NCBI RefSeq assembly: GCF_001194135.2
Contig: NC_068983.1
Coordinates: 29,358,263 to 29,422,262, forward strand
Direction: 5' to 3'
From: Octopus bimaculoides
Lineage: Eukaryota
Length of the DNA: 64,000 nucleotides
The notes under the pieces were generated by a model, which worked only from the letters and a program-made list of their open reading frames with translations, ran no database searches and was not told where the DNA came from. Positions 27,521-39,285 of the stretch are shown here, piece by piece. Numbering within the stretch: position 1 is the stretch's first letter; each line of letters starts with the position of its first letter. The translations under genes and the position numbers were made by a program.

Positions 27521-30259
27521 ATGGAAAAAATTCAAGATTGCAACAAAGATTCTCTTTAAGTGAAGAGTAGATTGTATGATGGTGTACAAAGCGTAATGTT
27601 GCAATGTGGGGGTGGGTTAATGTCGAAAACTTTCAGTTTTAAAATTTGAGGGTAACCCTTTTTACATTAAAGATTCTGAAACTCAACCAATTACCATGTG
27701 AATAAAAACCAGACAGAATGAAGATAGTCGTGGTCTGCCTTGACAGAATTTATTTAGTAATATCAAATTGAGATAAGGCAGCAAACTGGCAGAATTTTTA
27801 CCACACCAGGCAAAATGCTTAGTGGTATATTTTCTGACTTCAAATGCTGCTGGATTTGAATTTGCCTTTTGTCCTTTTGGGTTTGATAAAATAAGTACCA
27901 GTTGAATACTGAGGTTGATGTAATGGACTCAATCCTCTCCAGAAATCGCTGGCCTTATGCTAAAATTTGAAACTAATATCAAATCAATGTTATTTTAAAG
28001 CAAGTTGAAGGATAACAACAGAACAGCTACTGCTGGTGGAACTCAATACTAAGAATATAGTCAAATTTGTTATAAAATTCATGTTGGTGAGACTTTTAAG
28101 TTCCCATGGTCAACAACAATTTTAGTAAAGTTCATAAATTTGCAGTAAGTTTGTATGTCATGCAGACTGAGAATTTTGATATTTCAAGCAAAGCTCATCT
28201 TCAGAGATAGAAAATATTTTCTCTCTGATAATGTGCTTTGCTCGAAGTGCCACAATTATCATCCTCCACTATAGCACAAATATATATATATATTTATTAA
28301 CTTTACCAAATAACTGACATATATTTTTGCCTTTATCATGTATTGGTACAAAAACAAAGCCAAAAACTTCTATTTCATCCTCACTTGCAAGATTTACTTT
28401 CTGAACTTAATTCCTTAGACTTAATTTTTATTTCATAAAGCAATTTCATAAAGAAATTCTCTTATTGCACCCTCTTATCACAGTTCTCTTATTTCTGGAA
28501 CCATTCTTCTTTCAAATTTGTACTAAACTGAATTTTGTATATCCAAGCTCCTACAATAAAATATGTACAACTAATGCATTTGCTCATGTATAATGCAAGA
28601 AATTGAATACAAAACATTAAGGTCAAGATTAGGAGGTGCCATTATACTAGACAGAAAAGAGGGGGAGGGGAAAGAGAGAGAGAGAGAGAGGAACGGGAGG
28701 GGAGAGAGAGAGAGGAAGGGGAGGGGAGAGAGAGAGAGGATAAACTACATTACTGAGTTTTTTGCTATAAAAAGTTGGAGTTGCATTATATTCAAGTTCA
28801 CATTGTACTTGAGCAAATGAAGTAGGTAGGACTTTTCAAGCTAAAATTTTATCACTTCCTTTATGTGCAAAGGAAAAAAAAAAAAGTTATGCAGATATGT
28901 ATAACAAGAGAGAGCGAGTGGGGGAATGGGTGGGAGATAAGATAGCTGAGGTGTTTATGAAGATTGTGATAAGGCTGAATATCTAGTAAAAATCTAACAT
29001 ATACAACAAACAACCTTGTTAGCACAAAAGAAAATTGTGTTTAATAAATGGGAATAAAATCCTTCACTATATATAGGATCATAAATAGAATCACAACTGT
29101 GTTTTAGACAAACTTCTCTTCAGTAATTAATGTTTGTTTAAGAGATAGATAGTTTCTTTAATTGCATTAAAAAAAAACAAACAAACAAACAAACTAATTT
29201 GATTATTTTTATAGCAACTTGAGGGCAAGTAGACGGCTATGCAAAGCAATTCCTCATAAAACTGCAAGCACACAAAATATCATCATCACCATCATTGCGG
29301 TAGAGTCACTTTTCCATGCCAACATGCCGACTGGATGGGTTTTCTGCAAGGACGATCTATGACCAGATGCCCTTCCTGCACCCTTTTTTTTTAGCTGCTT
29401 CTTCTGTCCTGCATATTCTAAAACCACTTTTGCTTTTCTTTTCTTTCCTTTTTTTTTTTAAATCTTTTAGTCAGGACAGAAGGCAGTGTCCATGATACTG
29501 ACACTTGACAGGGAGAGAGGAAGACAGACCTGGTAAGAAATGACAACCAAACTTTTTTGATGCCACACTAGATTAGATCATAGCTGACACTACACTGGAT
29601 AATTTATTTTAAGTACATAATGACACATAAAATACACCATTTTGAGTGCGGCCGTTGCCATTACCGCCTGACTGGCCTTCATGTTGGTGGCACATAAAAG
29701 TACCCACTACACTCTCTGAGTGGTTGGCGTTAGGAAGGACATCCAGCTGTAGAAACTCTGCCAAATCAAATTGGAGCCTGGTGCAGCCACCTGGTCCACC
29801 AGTCCTCAGTCAAATTGTCCAACCCATGCTAGCATGGAAAGTGGACGTTAAACGACGACGATGATGATGAATGACTGAAAGACAAAACAAAGATGGTCAT
29901 GGAAGGGATATTTTTGATCATAGAACAACTCAACTTGGACTGCCCTGAAACTGAACAACAATTCCTTCTCTGCTTGTTGACGACAATGTATTGGCTCCCC
30001 AAATCCTTTCCTTTTCTCCTCCTCCCTACCAGGTGGAATTTACTTGGATTTGCACCACCCTGATCTTCCATGTCACAAGCCAGTTCTTATCAGTGGCATC
30101 CAATGTCATCTGTTAATTGATCAACATGTTTCTCCAGGGTAACCAATGCAATTTCGACCATGGTGAGGTATCCAAACCAGTGCATCCCTACTTAAGCAAT
30201 TTCCAACAAAGTGAACTCTTTTTTTTCTCTGTTTTCTTTGATACTTTAGGAAGTTTATT

Positions 30260-30500
30260 CTTTTTACTCTTTTACTTGTTTCAGTCATTTGACTGCAGCC
30301 ATGGTGGAGCACCGCCTTTAGTCGAGTAAATCGACCCCGGGACTTATTCTTTGGAAGCCTAGTACTTATTCTATCGGTCTTTTTTGCCGAACCGCTAAGT
30401 TACGGGGACGTAAACACACCAGCATCAGTTGTCATGCGATGTTGGGGGAACAAACACAGATACACAAACATACATATACATATATATGACAGGCTTCTTT
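30260..30500 (-). mobile_element. SINE family B, 3' half
   Basis: cttttacttgtttcagtcatt...gacaggcttcttt is the reverse complement of the family B 3' half. Confidence 0.82.
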
Positions 30501-31184
30501 AATAATAATAATGATCTTTTCTGTTATAGGCACAAGACCTGAAATTTAGGTGGTTGGGTTGGTTGATTACATTGACCCCCTAGTATTCAGTTGGTACTCA
30601 TTTTATTGACCCTGAAAGGATGAAAGGCAACAATGACAATCACGGAATTTGAGCTCAGGATGTCGAGTGGGATGAAATGCTGTAATACATTTTGTTTGAT
30701 GTGCTAACAATTCTGCCAGTTCACCACATTAATAATAATGATAATAATAATAATGATAATAATAATAATAATAATAATATGGGTGGCAAATTAGTAGAAA
30801 TTATTAAATTATTAGGCAGAAAATCATGCAGTATTTGATCTAACTCTCTCCACTCAGATTTCACTCAGATCAACTTTTGCATTTCATTTTTGTAAGGTTT
30901 GATAAAATAAAGTGGCAATCTAGGGGCTGCAGATTGGCAGAGTTGATAGAGCATCAGACAAGACGACTTGCAGCATTAGCACAGCCCTTAATGTTCAACC
31001 TTGAAATTCCATCCAGGTGCTGATGGCCTGGTCATTCACCTGACCATGGGTGCACTTCAGCCCACATACAGCACAGATAAGTGGACAATAGTATGCAGAG
31101 GTTCTTATTCAGCAATGGATTGACAGACCCATCTGATTCTTAGCCCTGGTGACCATAAATCTTAGCTTCAGTCTCTTCTTCTAT

Positions 31185-31625
31185 TTTCGAGCAAGATCGT
31201 TGCCAGAGCCGATGGGCTGGCCCCTATGCAGATGACACGTAAAATACACCATTTCGAGCATGGCCGTTGATCGTTACCAACATCACCTCCCTGGCACGTG
31301 AAAAGACATTCGAGCGAGATCGTTGCCAGTGCCGATGGACTGGCTCCTGTGCAGGTGGCACATAAAACACACCATTTCGAGCGTGGCCGTCGCCAGTTCC
31401 GCCCTACTGGCCCTCGTGCCGGTGGCACGTAAAACACCACTACACTCTTGGAGTGGTTGGCGTTAGGAAGGGCATCCAGCAGTAGAAACTCTGCCAAATC
31501 AGATTGGAGCCTGGTGCAGCCATCTGGTTCACCAGTCCTCAGTCAAATTGTCCAACCCATGCTAGCATGGAAAGCGGACATTAAACGATGATGATGAAGA
31601 TGATGATGATGAAGATGATGATGAT
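31185..31625 (+). mobile_element. RTE-type 3' end with (GAT)n tail and 5' tandem array
   Basis: ggttggcgttaggaagggcatccagc...ccaacccatgctagcatggaaag...(GAT)n. Related copies at about 1380-1550, 29640-29870, 42050-42250 (+) and 44190-44540, 51215-51400 (-). Confidence 0.75.
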
Positions 31626-32013
31626 CTATATATCAATATTTCTGTAGACAACCTCATAATGCATATATACAGTTCAGGTTTCAAGTACCAAATGGATAAA
31701 ATTTTCAATTGCCTTTTTTCAATACTCCTGGGGGTTGTATTTACATTTAAAAAAAAAATTCAGCCTTTTAACTGTCTTCTTAACCAGTTGTTTGACTCAA
31801 TTTCAAACCACCTAAATATTTGCCCATGTTTTTAAGCTGTTCAAGATTTCCTTCAGTAATGCAACAGCATATGTGAAGCTTTATCAAACTGTTGTGCTTG
31901 AAACAAATGTAACCATATTATTTTAGCGTTATAATTTGTAGCTGAAACTGGTTTTTAGCACATTAAGCCAACCTAATAAATCAATGAAAGAGAAAACACG
32001 AAAAATTACGAAC

Positions 32014-32526
32014 CTATATTCTTTTGGCACTCCCTGGAATTCCAGCAATGATCACAAGTATGAGGACATTGGTCAACACATTCTCGTGGGTCCTTATTAT
32101 CAGCAATGGAATGGGCCTCATTTGAACCTTCAGAAGTGATTTTAGTCCAGTCTATGGTTTCTAAGTAACAAAGGTTGGGACTTTTATTGAAACGAACAGC
32201 TCCTCGTTGAATAACAGTTAAGCTGCTCAAACCAATTTCCTCTAGATCAGGCATTTCAAATGCAACCAGAGCATAATTGTAGAAAAGCTCCTGACCCCGA
32301 ATAACACTCAAGTTTGGGAAAAGGTCACGTAGAGTTTTAAGTCCATAGGCACGATACATTATTAAGTAGTCTGTGATTTCAACTAATTTGGGGAAGCGCA
32401 TGTTTTGATAATCCTCAGGTTTCATGTAATCCAAAAGAATAATGCGCAAATACCCTTCTATCACAGAACAATGCTCTAATTGTTTGAAGTTCTCAATTTT
32501 GTTTTTTATCTCGATACTTGAACACA
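32014..32526 (-). CDS. InR: Insulin/IGF receptor family, L1 domain and start of Cys-rich region
   Basis: Acceptor tttcttgcttgcag|TG and donor ATA G|gttcgt; 513 nt, phase 1-1. Contains CSVIEGYL, FPKLVEITDYL, DLFPNLSVIRG, NYALVAFEM, RGAVR and LCYLETIDW, which are collinear with INSR/IGF1R L1. Confidence 0.97.
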
Positions 32527-33148
32527 CTGCAAGCAAGAAAAGAAGAAAAAAAAGAGTTAAATATCATTAAAAGTTTAAATGACAATTGTTTAAGGTTTTA
32601 ATGAAAAATAATATCTGAATTGATAAATAAAGGCCAACCAAGCAACTCCATTGTTTTATCAATAAAAAAAATGTATTGTAAGAATTTACAAAGAGACCCT
32701 CTCCCCAGCTGCAATAATGGAACAATGAATGTGTGCAATGATAAACAGATAAAGACATTTATCTTTTTTAGTGTGGGCATATCATTTAGTGATAATAATG
32801 ATCGGAATGAAAGCTAAAATATAGAAGGAAATATGAATTAAAAACTGTTTCTATTCAAATTATTTTATTCTACAGACACTTTAGACTTTGTTAGTTTAAT
32901 TAAGAGAATTTAGTCGAATGAATGTGACATTTTTCATTACAATTCTGTTGTGTTTATCTGAATACTAAGATTCCACAGTAGTAAAGTAAAATGACAATGA
33001 AAAATTGTTGTCAAGCTGTTACAACTTGCAGTACAGATGATGTGAAAGTTAATCTAACTTCTATAATAAATTATTTTAACATAAATCAAATAAAGACATT
33101 TTAACAGCAATAGTATTATTGTAAAACCTGACTGACAAGGCAACTTAC

Positions 33149-33261
33149 ATTCACAAAAATCCATATGAGTTTTGTTTATTGCAGTTTGCAGTTCACACGA
33201 TTCTTTTCTTAATAAGCAATCATTTGCATATATTTTATGGTCTGTGCCGCAAATTTGTGAC
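33149..33261 (-). CDS. Exon encoding the Kazal half of follistatin domain FS2
   Basis: Acceptor ttcttttatttaacag|G and donor GAA T|gtaagt; 113 nt, phase 2-1. Translation (T)SQICGTDHKIYANDCLLRKESCELQTAINKTHMDFCE(L) has the Kazal ICGTDxxxYxNxC motif. With 46008-46119 it completes a 10-Cys domain. Confidence 0.93.
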
Positions 33262-33524
33262 CTGTTAAATAAAAGAAACAAGAGTTAATGAAAACTAAAA
33301 ATATACAGTGAAATAATTACCTTTCTCCTTTCTTTATAATTTTGCCGTGAATGTCTTGTTATATTATCTTAATTAGTTAATGTTTTAATATGGCTGTCTC
33401 TCTGCTGTCCAATTAATTAGAAAGCAGATTTTCATCCCCATCAACAAAACACCAGACCTGGTGCGAAAGAGGAACTTTATGAAGTTGCTTGGCTTGCAAG
33501 AGACAGCAGCCAAATCTCTCTAAA

Positions 33525-33880
33525 GTTCTGGTGTGTAGTAAGAAGTTTGCCTCTCAACCACATGGGTCTGGGTTCAGTCCCACTTGAGTAATTGTCTTCT
33601 ACTGCTGATCAAAGCATTGTGAATTGATTTGGTAGACAGAAACTGTAAGAAGCATGTTGTGTGTGTGTGTGTGTTTTCGTGTTTGTGTCTGCCCCTCCAC
33701 AGCTTGACAACCAGTGTTGGTTTGTTTACATCTCCATAACTTAGCAGTGTGGCAAAAGAGTCCGACAGAGTAAGTATCAGACATTAAAAAATATTACTAG
33801 AGTTGATCCATTCAACTAAAACCCTTCAAAACAGTGTCCCAGTGCTGCCAAAGTCTAATGACTGAAACAAGTATAAGATA
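33525..33880 (+). mobile_element. SINE family B, diverged copy
   Basis: Same head, (TG)n and 3' ccataacttagc...gactgaaacaag segments, more diverged. Confidence 0.75.
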
Positions 33881-34812
33881 AAAATTTAATCCCCCGATAC
33901 ACAGAAAAAATAGAATGATTCATGAATTGAACAGCTTTGATCATACAATTCCTCAATAAGGGCTGATCTAGGGTCTTAACAACAGCAACAACAACACAGA
34001 AGCTTTCAGTAAGGAATAGAAATTCAAGTCAGATTTGAAGAACATCAAAAAAATTTAACCTAAGAAAAACAAAACCCCTTTCTTATTTCCATGAAACAAA
34101 ACTCTGACTTTCAGAATGAATTACATGATACATCAACAGGCATGATGGCTGTATGATAAAAAATTTACTTCCCAACTACATGGTTCTGAGTTCAGTGCTA
34201 CTGAGTGGCACTGCGCAAGCATCTTCCACTATAGCCTTGGGCCAACCAAAGCCTTGTGAATGGGTTTGATAGATAGAAATTGAAAGAAGCCTCTGTGTGT
34301 GTGTGTGTGTGCGCGCGCGTGCATGTGTGTGTGTATAGACATATTTATATATTGAGGGTAATAAAGGGAATATTAATTCAATTAACATCAATTTAAAACC
34401 AAGTAGCCTAGCATATAAAAAAATCTGAAAATTCAAAAAAATTGTATTACATGTGTATATATTCTTATATGCATATCTTTTTTATTTCTGTATGTGCATG
34501 TCTTAGTATCTGTGTTACCCATCCTGCTGCTTGACAACTGATGTTGGTATGTTTACATCCCCATAACTTAGAAGTTCAGCAAAAGAAACCAATACAATAA
34601 GTACCAGGCTATAAAAAACATATAAGTACTAGCATCGATTCATTCAACTAAAAAATCCTTCAAAGCAGTGCCCCAGCATGGCCACAGTCTAATGACTGAG
34701 ATAAGTGAAAGATAAATGATAAAAGTTCTTCAGTGATCTCAATAAGAGATATATATATAAACATAAGTAATAACTGCTTCTACTTTGAAAATAATTAAAA
34801 GATGTTCTAGTT

Positions 34813-35744
34813 CAGGGATGGGGAAATTTCTGCCCACATGTGCAATTGCGCCTGCGAGCCCATTTTATTAAACCCGCAGGATAGTATACTTATATGTACT
34901 AAACATGTTGTTGTGGAGACGCAATGGCCCAGTGGTTAGGGCAGCAGACTTGCAGTCATAAGATCATGGTTTCGATTCCCAGACCGGGCGTTGTGAGTGT
35001 TTATTGAGCAAAAACACCTAAAGCTCCACAAGGCTCTGGCAGGGGATGGTGGCGAACCCTGCTGTACTCTTTCACCACGACTTTCTTTCATTCTTTCTTC
35101 CTGTTTTTGTTGTGCCTGTAATTCAAAGGGTCAGCCTTGTCACACTGTGTCACGCTGAATATCCCCGAGAACTACGTTAAGGGTACACATGTCTGTGGAG
35201 TTCTCAGCCACTTGCACGTTAATTTCACAAGCAGGCTGTTCCGTTGATCGGATCAACTGGAACCCTTGACGTCGTAAGCGGCGGAGTGCCAACAACATGT
35301 ACTAAATATAGTAAATTTTTCAATTATAAAATTTATACAATATTTGTATGCCTATTTGTGACATAGGTCGCATTTCCACTACAACTTAAAACAGTTAGAC
35401 TCGAAGAGAAAATCGTCTGGTAATTGCCATTTGATTGGAAATTTTGTTTTCACTATAAAACACATATTGCTAGGTTTGTACCACTCCCTTGAGATCCAAC
35501 TACACTCTAGCTGAAAAATATAGAATACTTCATAAGTGATATAAACATCCTAAATTCAGTAGTGGTGTTAATGAAGATGTTACATGTTAATTTAATGTCT
35601 TAAGCTTATTATTAATATATATCAAATTATACATAGATATATACAAGATTTACACAGATATAAGAGTTAGAACTTGTGATCTGCCCGTGAACCCTTTTCT
35701 TTGGAAATTTTTGCTCATTGCACTAAAAAGTTTCCCCACCCCTG
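34813..35744. mobile_element. Non-autonomous hAT-like DNA transposon with nested SINE
   Basis: TIRs CAGGGATGGGGAAATTT / CAGGGGTGGGGAAACTT; 8-bp TSD ttctagtt (34805-34812) and ctctagtt (35745-35752). Confidence 0.75.
34904..35296 (+). mobile_element. tRNA-derived SINE (family A), full length, inserted in a hAT-like element
   Basis: A box TGGCCCAGTGG and B box GTTTCGATTCC; TSD ATGTACTAAA at 34894-34903 and 35297-35306. Confidence 0.9.
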
Positions 35745-37149
35745 CTCTAGTTAAACTCTGGAAATATAGGGGTAGATAAAACACCTTGGGGTATTTAGTT
35801 ACAGCTTTTCGCATTCTTATTTCAAATCCCACCAAGACCAATTATGTATTTCTTTTGTTTCAGAGTCAACAAAATAAGAAAGAACCAGTTATGAATAACT
35901 GAATCAATTTTAATTATACTCCTTGCCCCTAGTTACCCGTAATTATTTAATTATTACTAAATTAATTACAGCACAAATTTTAAACTCCATCAGCAGAACA
36001 TCACAAGTCAATGAGAGAGAGGGAGAAAGAGGGAGGTGGGTGAAGATAAGAGAGTAAGCTTCTACAAGGTTGCTGAGCCCACTAGAAATAGCAGCCAAAT
36101 CTCCCTAAAATCCTATCTTATTTATCTTTTACTTGTTTCAGTCACAGGACAGCAGCCACGCTGGGGCACTGCACTGAAGGGTTCTAAGTAAACAGTACTT
36201 TTTCTTTTTTTTAAAGTGAGGTACTTATTCTATCAGTCCCTTTTCCTGAACTGCTAAGTTACGGGGACATATACACACACACACGCACACAACAGGCTTC
36301 TTTCAGTTTCCCTTTGACAGATTCATTAACAACACATTAGTCAGCACAAAGCTGTAGCAGAAGATACCTGCCGAAGGTGCTGTGTAGTGGGATTGAACCC
36401 CAAACCATATGGTTGCAAAGCAAGCTTCTTAACCACACAATCATGCCTGTGCTTGTGTCTTTTTTTATTTTTTTATTTTTTATATAAACAAGGTTACACA
36501 GGACTTGTACATGTGTTAGAATTCAATATATAAGCTCCAAATACTACTTTAGAAAGCGTCTCAAAGAATAAAACCCTTCTTTCGATTATTTGTCTCCTGA
36601 CTATATTTCAAACATAAAAAAGGGGGTGGAGGCCGGTCTTTTTATAGTTGCATAATGTGGCAGACAAGCATGTGTTATTTATAATCTCTTTTATGGCGTT
36701 GTGTGACCTTGAGAGTGAGTCAGAGTAAACAGGCTGAGAAAAAGATTAATTAAGAAATGCATTCATTAATATATGTGATAAGAATGGAAGATGCAGACTA
36801 AATTCAATATGTGTCTTGACTGATGACAAACAATTTATAAAGTCTGGCCTAAGGTTTAGGTTCTAGAACAAGAGATAAAAATTAATCGAAATCATGATAG
36901 CATACATTTCCCAAAGTGGCCAATTGCTAGAGAGGTAAAAACCTGAAAAACTGTTATTAATGCATTAAGAGGTTGCCCCACAAGTTATCCAATAATCCTG
37001 AATTTTCTTCTCTCCCAGATCATAAATAATGGTCTCATATGTTTACACAAGACCAGCAATTCTAGGGGAGGAGGTAAGTCGATTACATCAACCCCAGTGC
37101 TCAACTGGTACTTTGCTAATGATTCTGCCAGCTTGTCGCCTTCCACAGA

Positions 37150-38830
37150 TCATAAATAATGTTTCGTGTCCAGAGCTACACTCTATATAGTATTTCTAAC
37201 AACAGCTGTCTCTGACTACCATATAAACACTTCAAAGGTTCTTGAGTTTCTTTTGAAACTTTCAAACACAATCTTTACCAATACATCTACATACCTGCCT
37301 TTATCAGATCACTTGATTCCCTTTCTAACCAAAGCATCTATCTTATACCTTCATCTCCTGAATGTCTCTGTACATCAATCAGCCCTTGTGGTCAGATCTA
37401 GCCAGTTCTATACAACAACTACTTCTAGCCACATATGTACCCCACCTCTGACTCATCCAAAATAGCAGGTGACCAATTCCACTCTCATTGGTATTTATTT
37501 TCGGCATCATTTCTCACATAACCACAGACTATAAAGTGGTGCATCTGCAGCTGTTCTGAAGCAGGTGAAGAACATTGTTCCACCACCTATAAGAAATCAC
37601 CTGCCATCACCATTGAATGTTGTTTACCCATTACCAACCACAATGTCAGACAAACATTCAATTTAGCAAAAGATGTATTCAATCACAGCATGGCCTGCAA
37701 ATTCTTGTCTCCCAAATTGCAGCTAGGCATTCTGGTCTCTTACTAATCATTTGTACAAACCTTTTCAAAATCTTCCCAACTGCCTTTCCACAACTAAGAT
37801 GACACTGTAAGTGGCAATCCTGCAAATTAATGTGACCACATTTACTGCCCAATTTGTCTTAAGCTCCACACTGTACAACATGCACAACAAAATTCATTTA
37901 ACCCTTTCGTTACTAACCCGGCTGAAACCGGCTCTGGCTCTGTAGTACAAATGTCTTGTTTTCTTAAGTTTTGAATTAAAATCTTCCACCAAACCTTAGT
38001 CACAATTTATGTTCCTAACACTAGCTTAATGATAACTAAGTTATTTTACTAAATTCTTTCTTATATTCAAAATTAATTGAAAGAACCACAGACCATCTCA
38101 AAATAAATACAGTAACAAAAGGGTCAACATTCAATTTCCCCCATTTACACACAGCCAGCATGAAAGAGAATCTCTATGCAGTTACTCATTCAACCTTGAA
38201 CAAAAGAAAAAACTAAGTGAAGTCTCCTGTCAAATCACACATTATTGCCTTAAATAAGAAAACACACCTATTGTAATCCTAAATACATCTGCTAAAAAGA
38301 TGAGGTAGTTACAGCTTGAATGACTTTGATCATAAGCTAGCTTGATTAAGGTTGACCTAAGACGAAAAGATAAGAATACCAAGATATCCAATGTCTTTGC
38401 TCTGCTAACCATAAGCTTATTCCTCTTACTTCCAATATCTCAAGGCTAATGGAGACAACCTCAAACAAATCTCTTCACATGCTGAAGACCTAGTCTCTCC
38501 TATGTTACATAACATTGGTCTCTTATCCATGGGAACATGGTGGAAAGCAATGTTGTCTCAGCATTAACAAAGCCTTTGTCTACCATGAACCTTCAAGTTC
38601 TTTATCTGTCTGTCATCTCTTCATTTTCAAATGTTTCTGGCCAGCTGTACTGTTCCAGTATGTGCAGATAGGGCACTCACAAACCAACACACTATCAACT
38701 CTGGAATACTCCATGGTTTGGTAATATCCCCCAAAGCATCTCTTTATATACCACGTCACTGTGAATTTCCCTCTTTCTTAACCTTCCAACACGCAAGCAC
38801 GTACTGCCTTTAATGAACCAAGAACACAAA
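37150..38830 (+). mobile_element. Decayed CR1/L2-type LINE fragments interrupted by a MITE (about 37900-38085)
   Basis: Endonuclease-end SDH motif near 37310 and a degenerate YADD (HAED) near 38478; frames are broken. Confidence 0.5.
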
Positions 38831-38874
38831 ATCATTCTCCACTGAAAACATGACAATTTAATTTCTTTTAACAA

Positions 38875-39285
38875 GTGGCTGTGTGGTAAGTAGCTTGCTT
38901 ACCAATCACATGGTTCCGGGTTCAGTCCCACTGCGTGGCACCTTGGGCAAGTGTCTTCTACTATAGCCTCAGGCCGATCAAAGCCTTGTGAGTGGATTTG
39001 GTAGACAGAAACTGAAAGAAGCCCATCGTACATATATATATATATATATATATGTCTGTATGTATGTGTGTGTACGTGTTCGTGTGTCTGTGTTTGTCCC
39101 CCCAACATCACTTGACAACCGATGCTGGTGTGTTTACGTCCCTGTAACTTAGCAGTTCGGCATAAGGGACCAATAGAATAAGTACTAGGCTCACAAAGAA
39201 CAAGCTCTTGGGGTCGATTTGCTCGACTAAAGGCGGTGCTCCAGCATGGCCACAGTCAAAATGACTGAAACGAGTAAAAGAGTAA
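38875..39285 (+). mobile_element. SINE family B copy
   Basis: Collinear with 1788-2203. Further diverged copies lie near 36120-36445, 46940-47640 and 49555-49965 on the minus strand. Confidence 0.88.

Noticed and set aside
31185-31440. Spaced repeats as a CRISPR-like array
   Set aside because: Eukaryotic context; the units are contiguous tandem repeats with no unique spacers and no cas genes.
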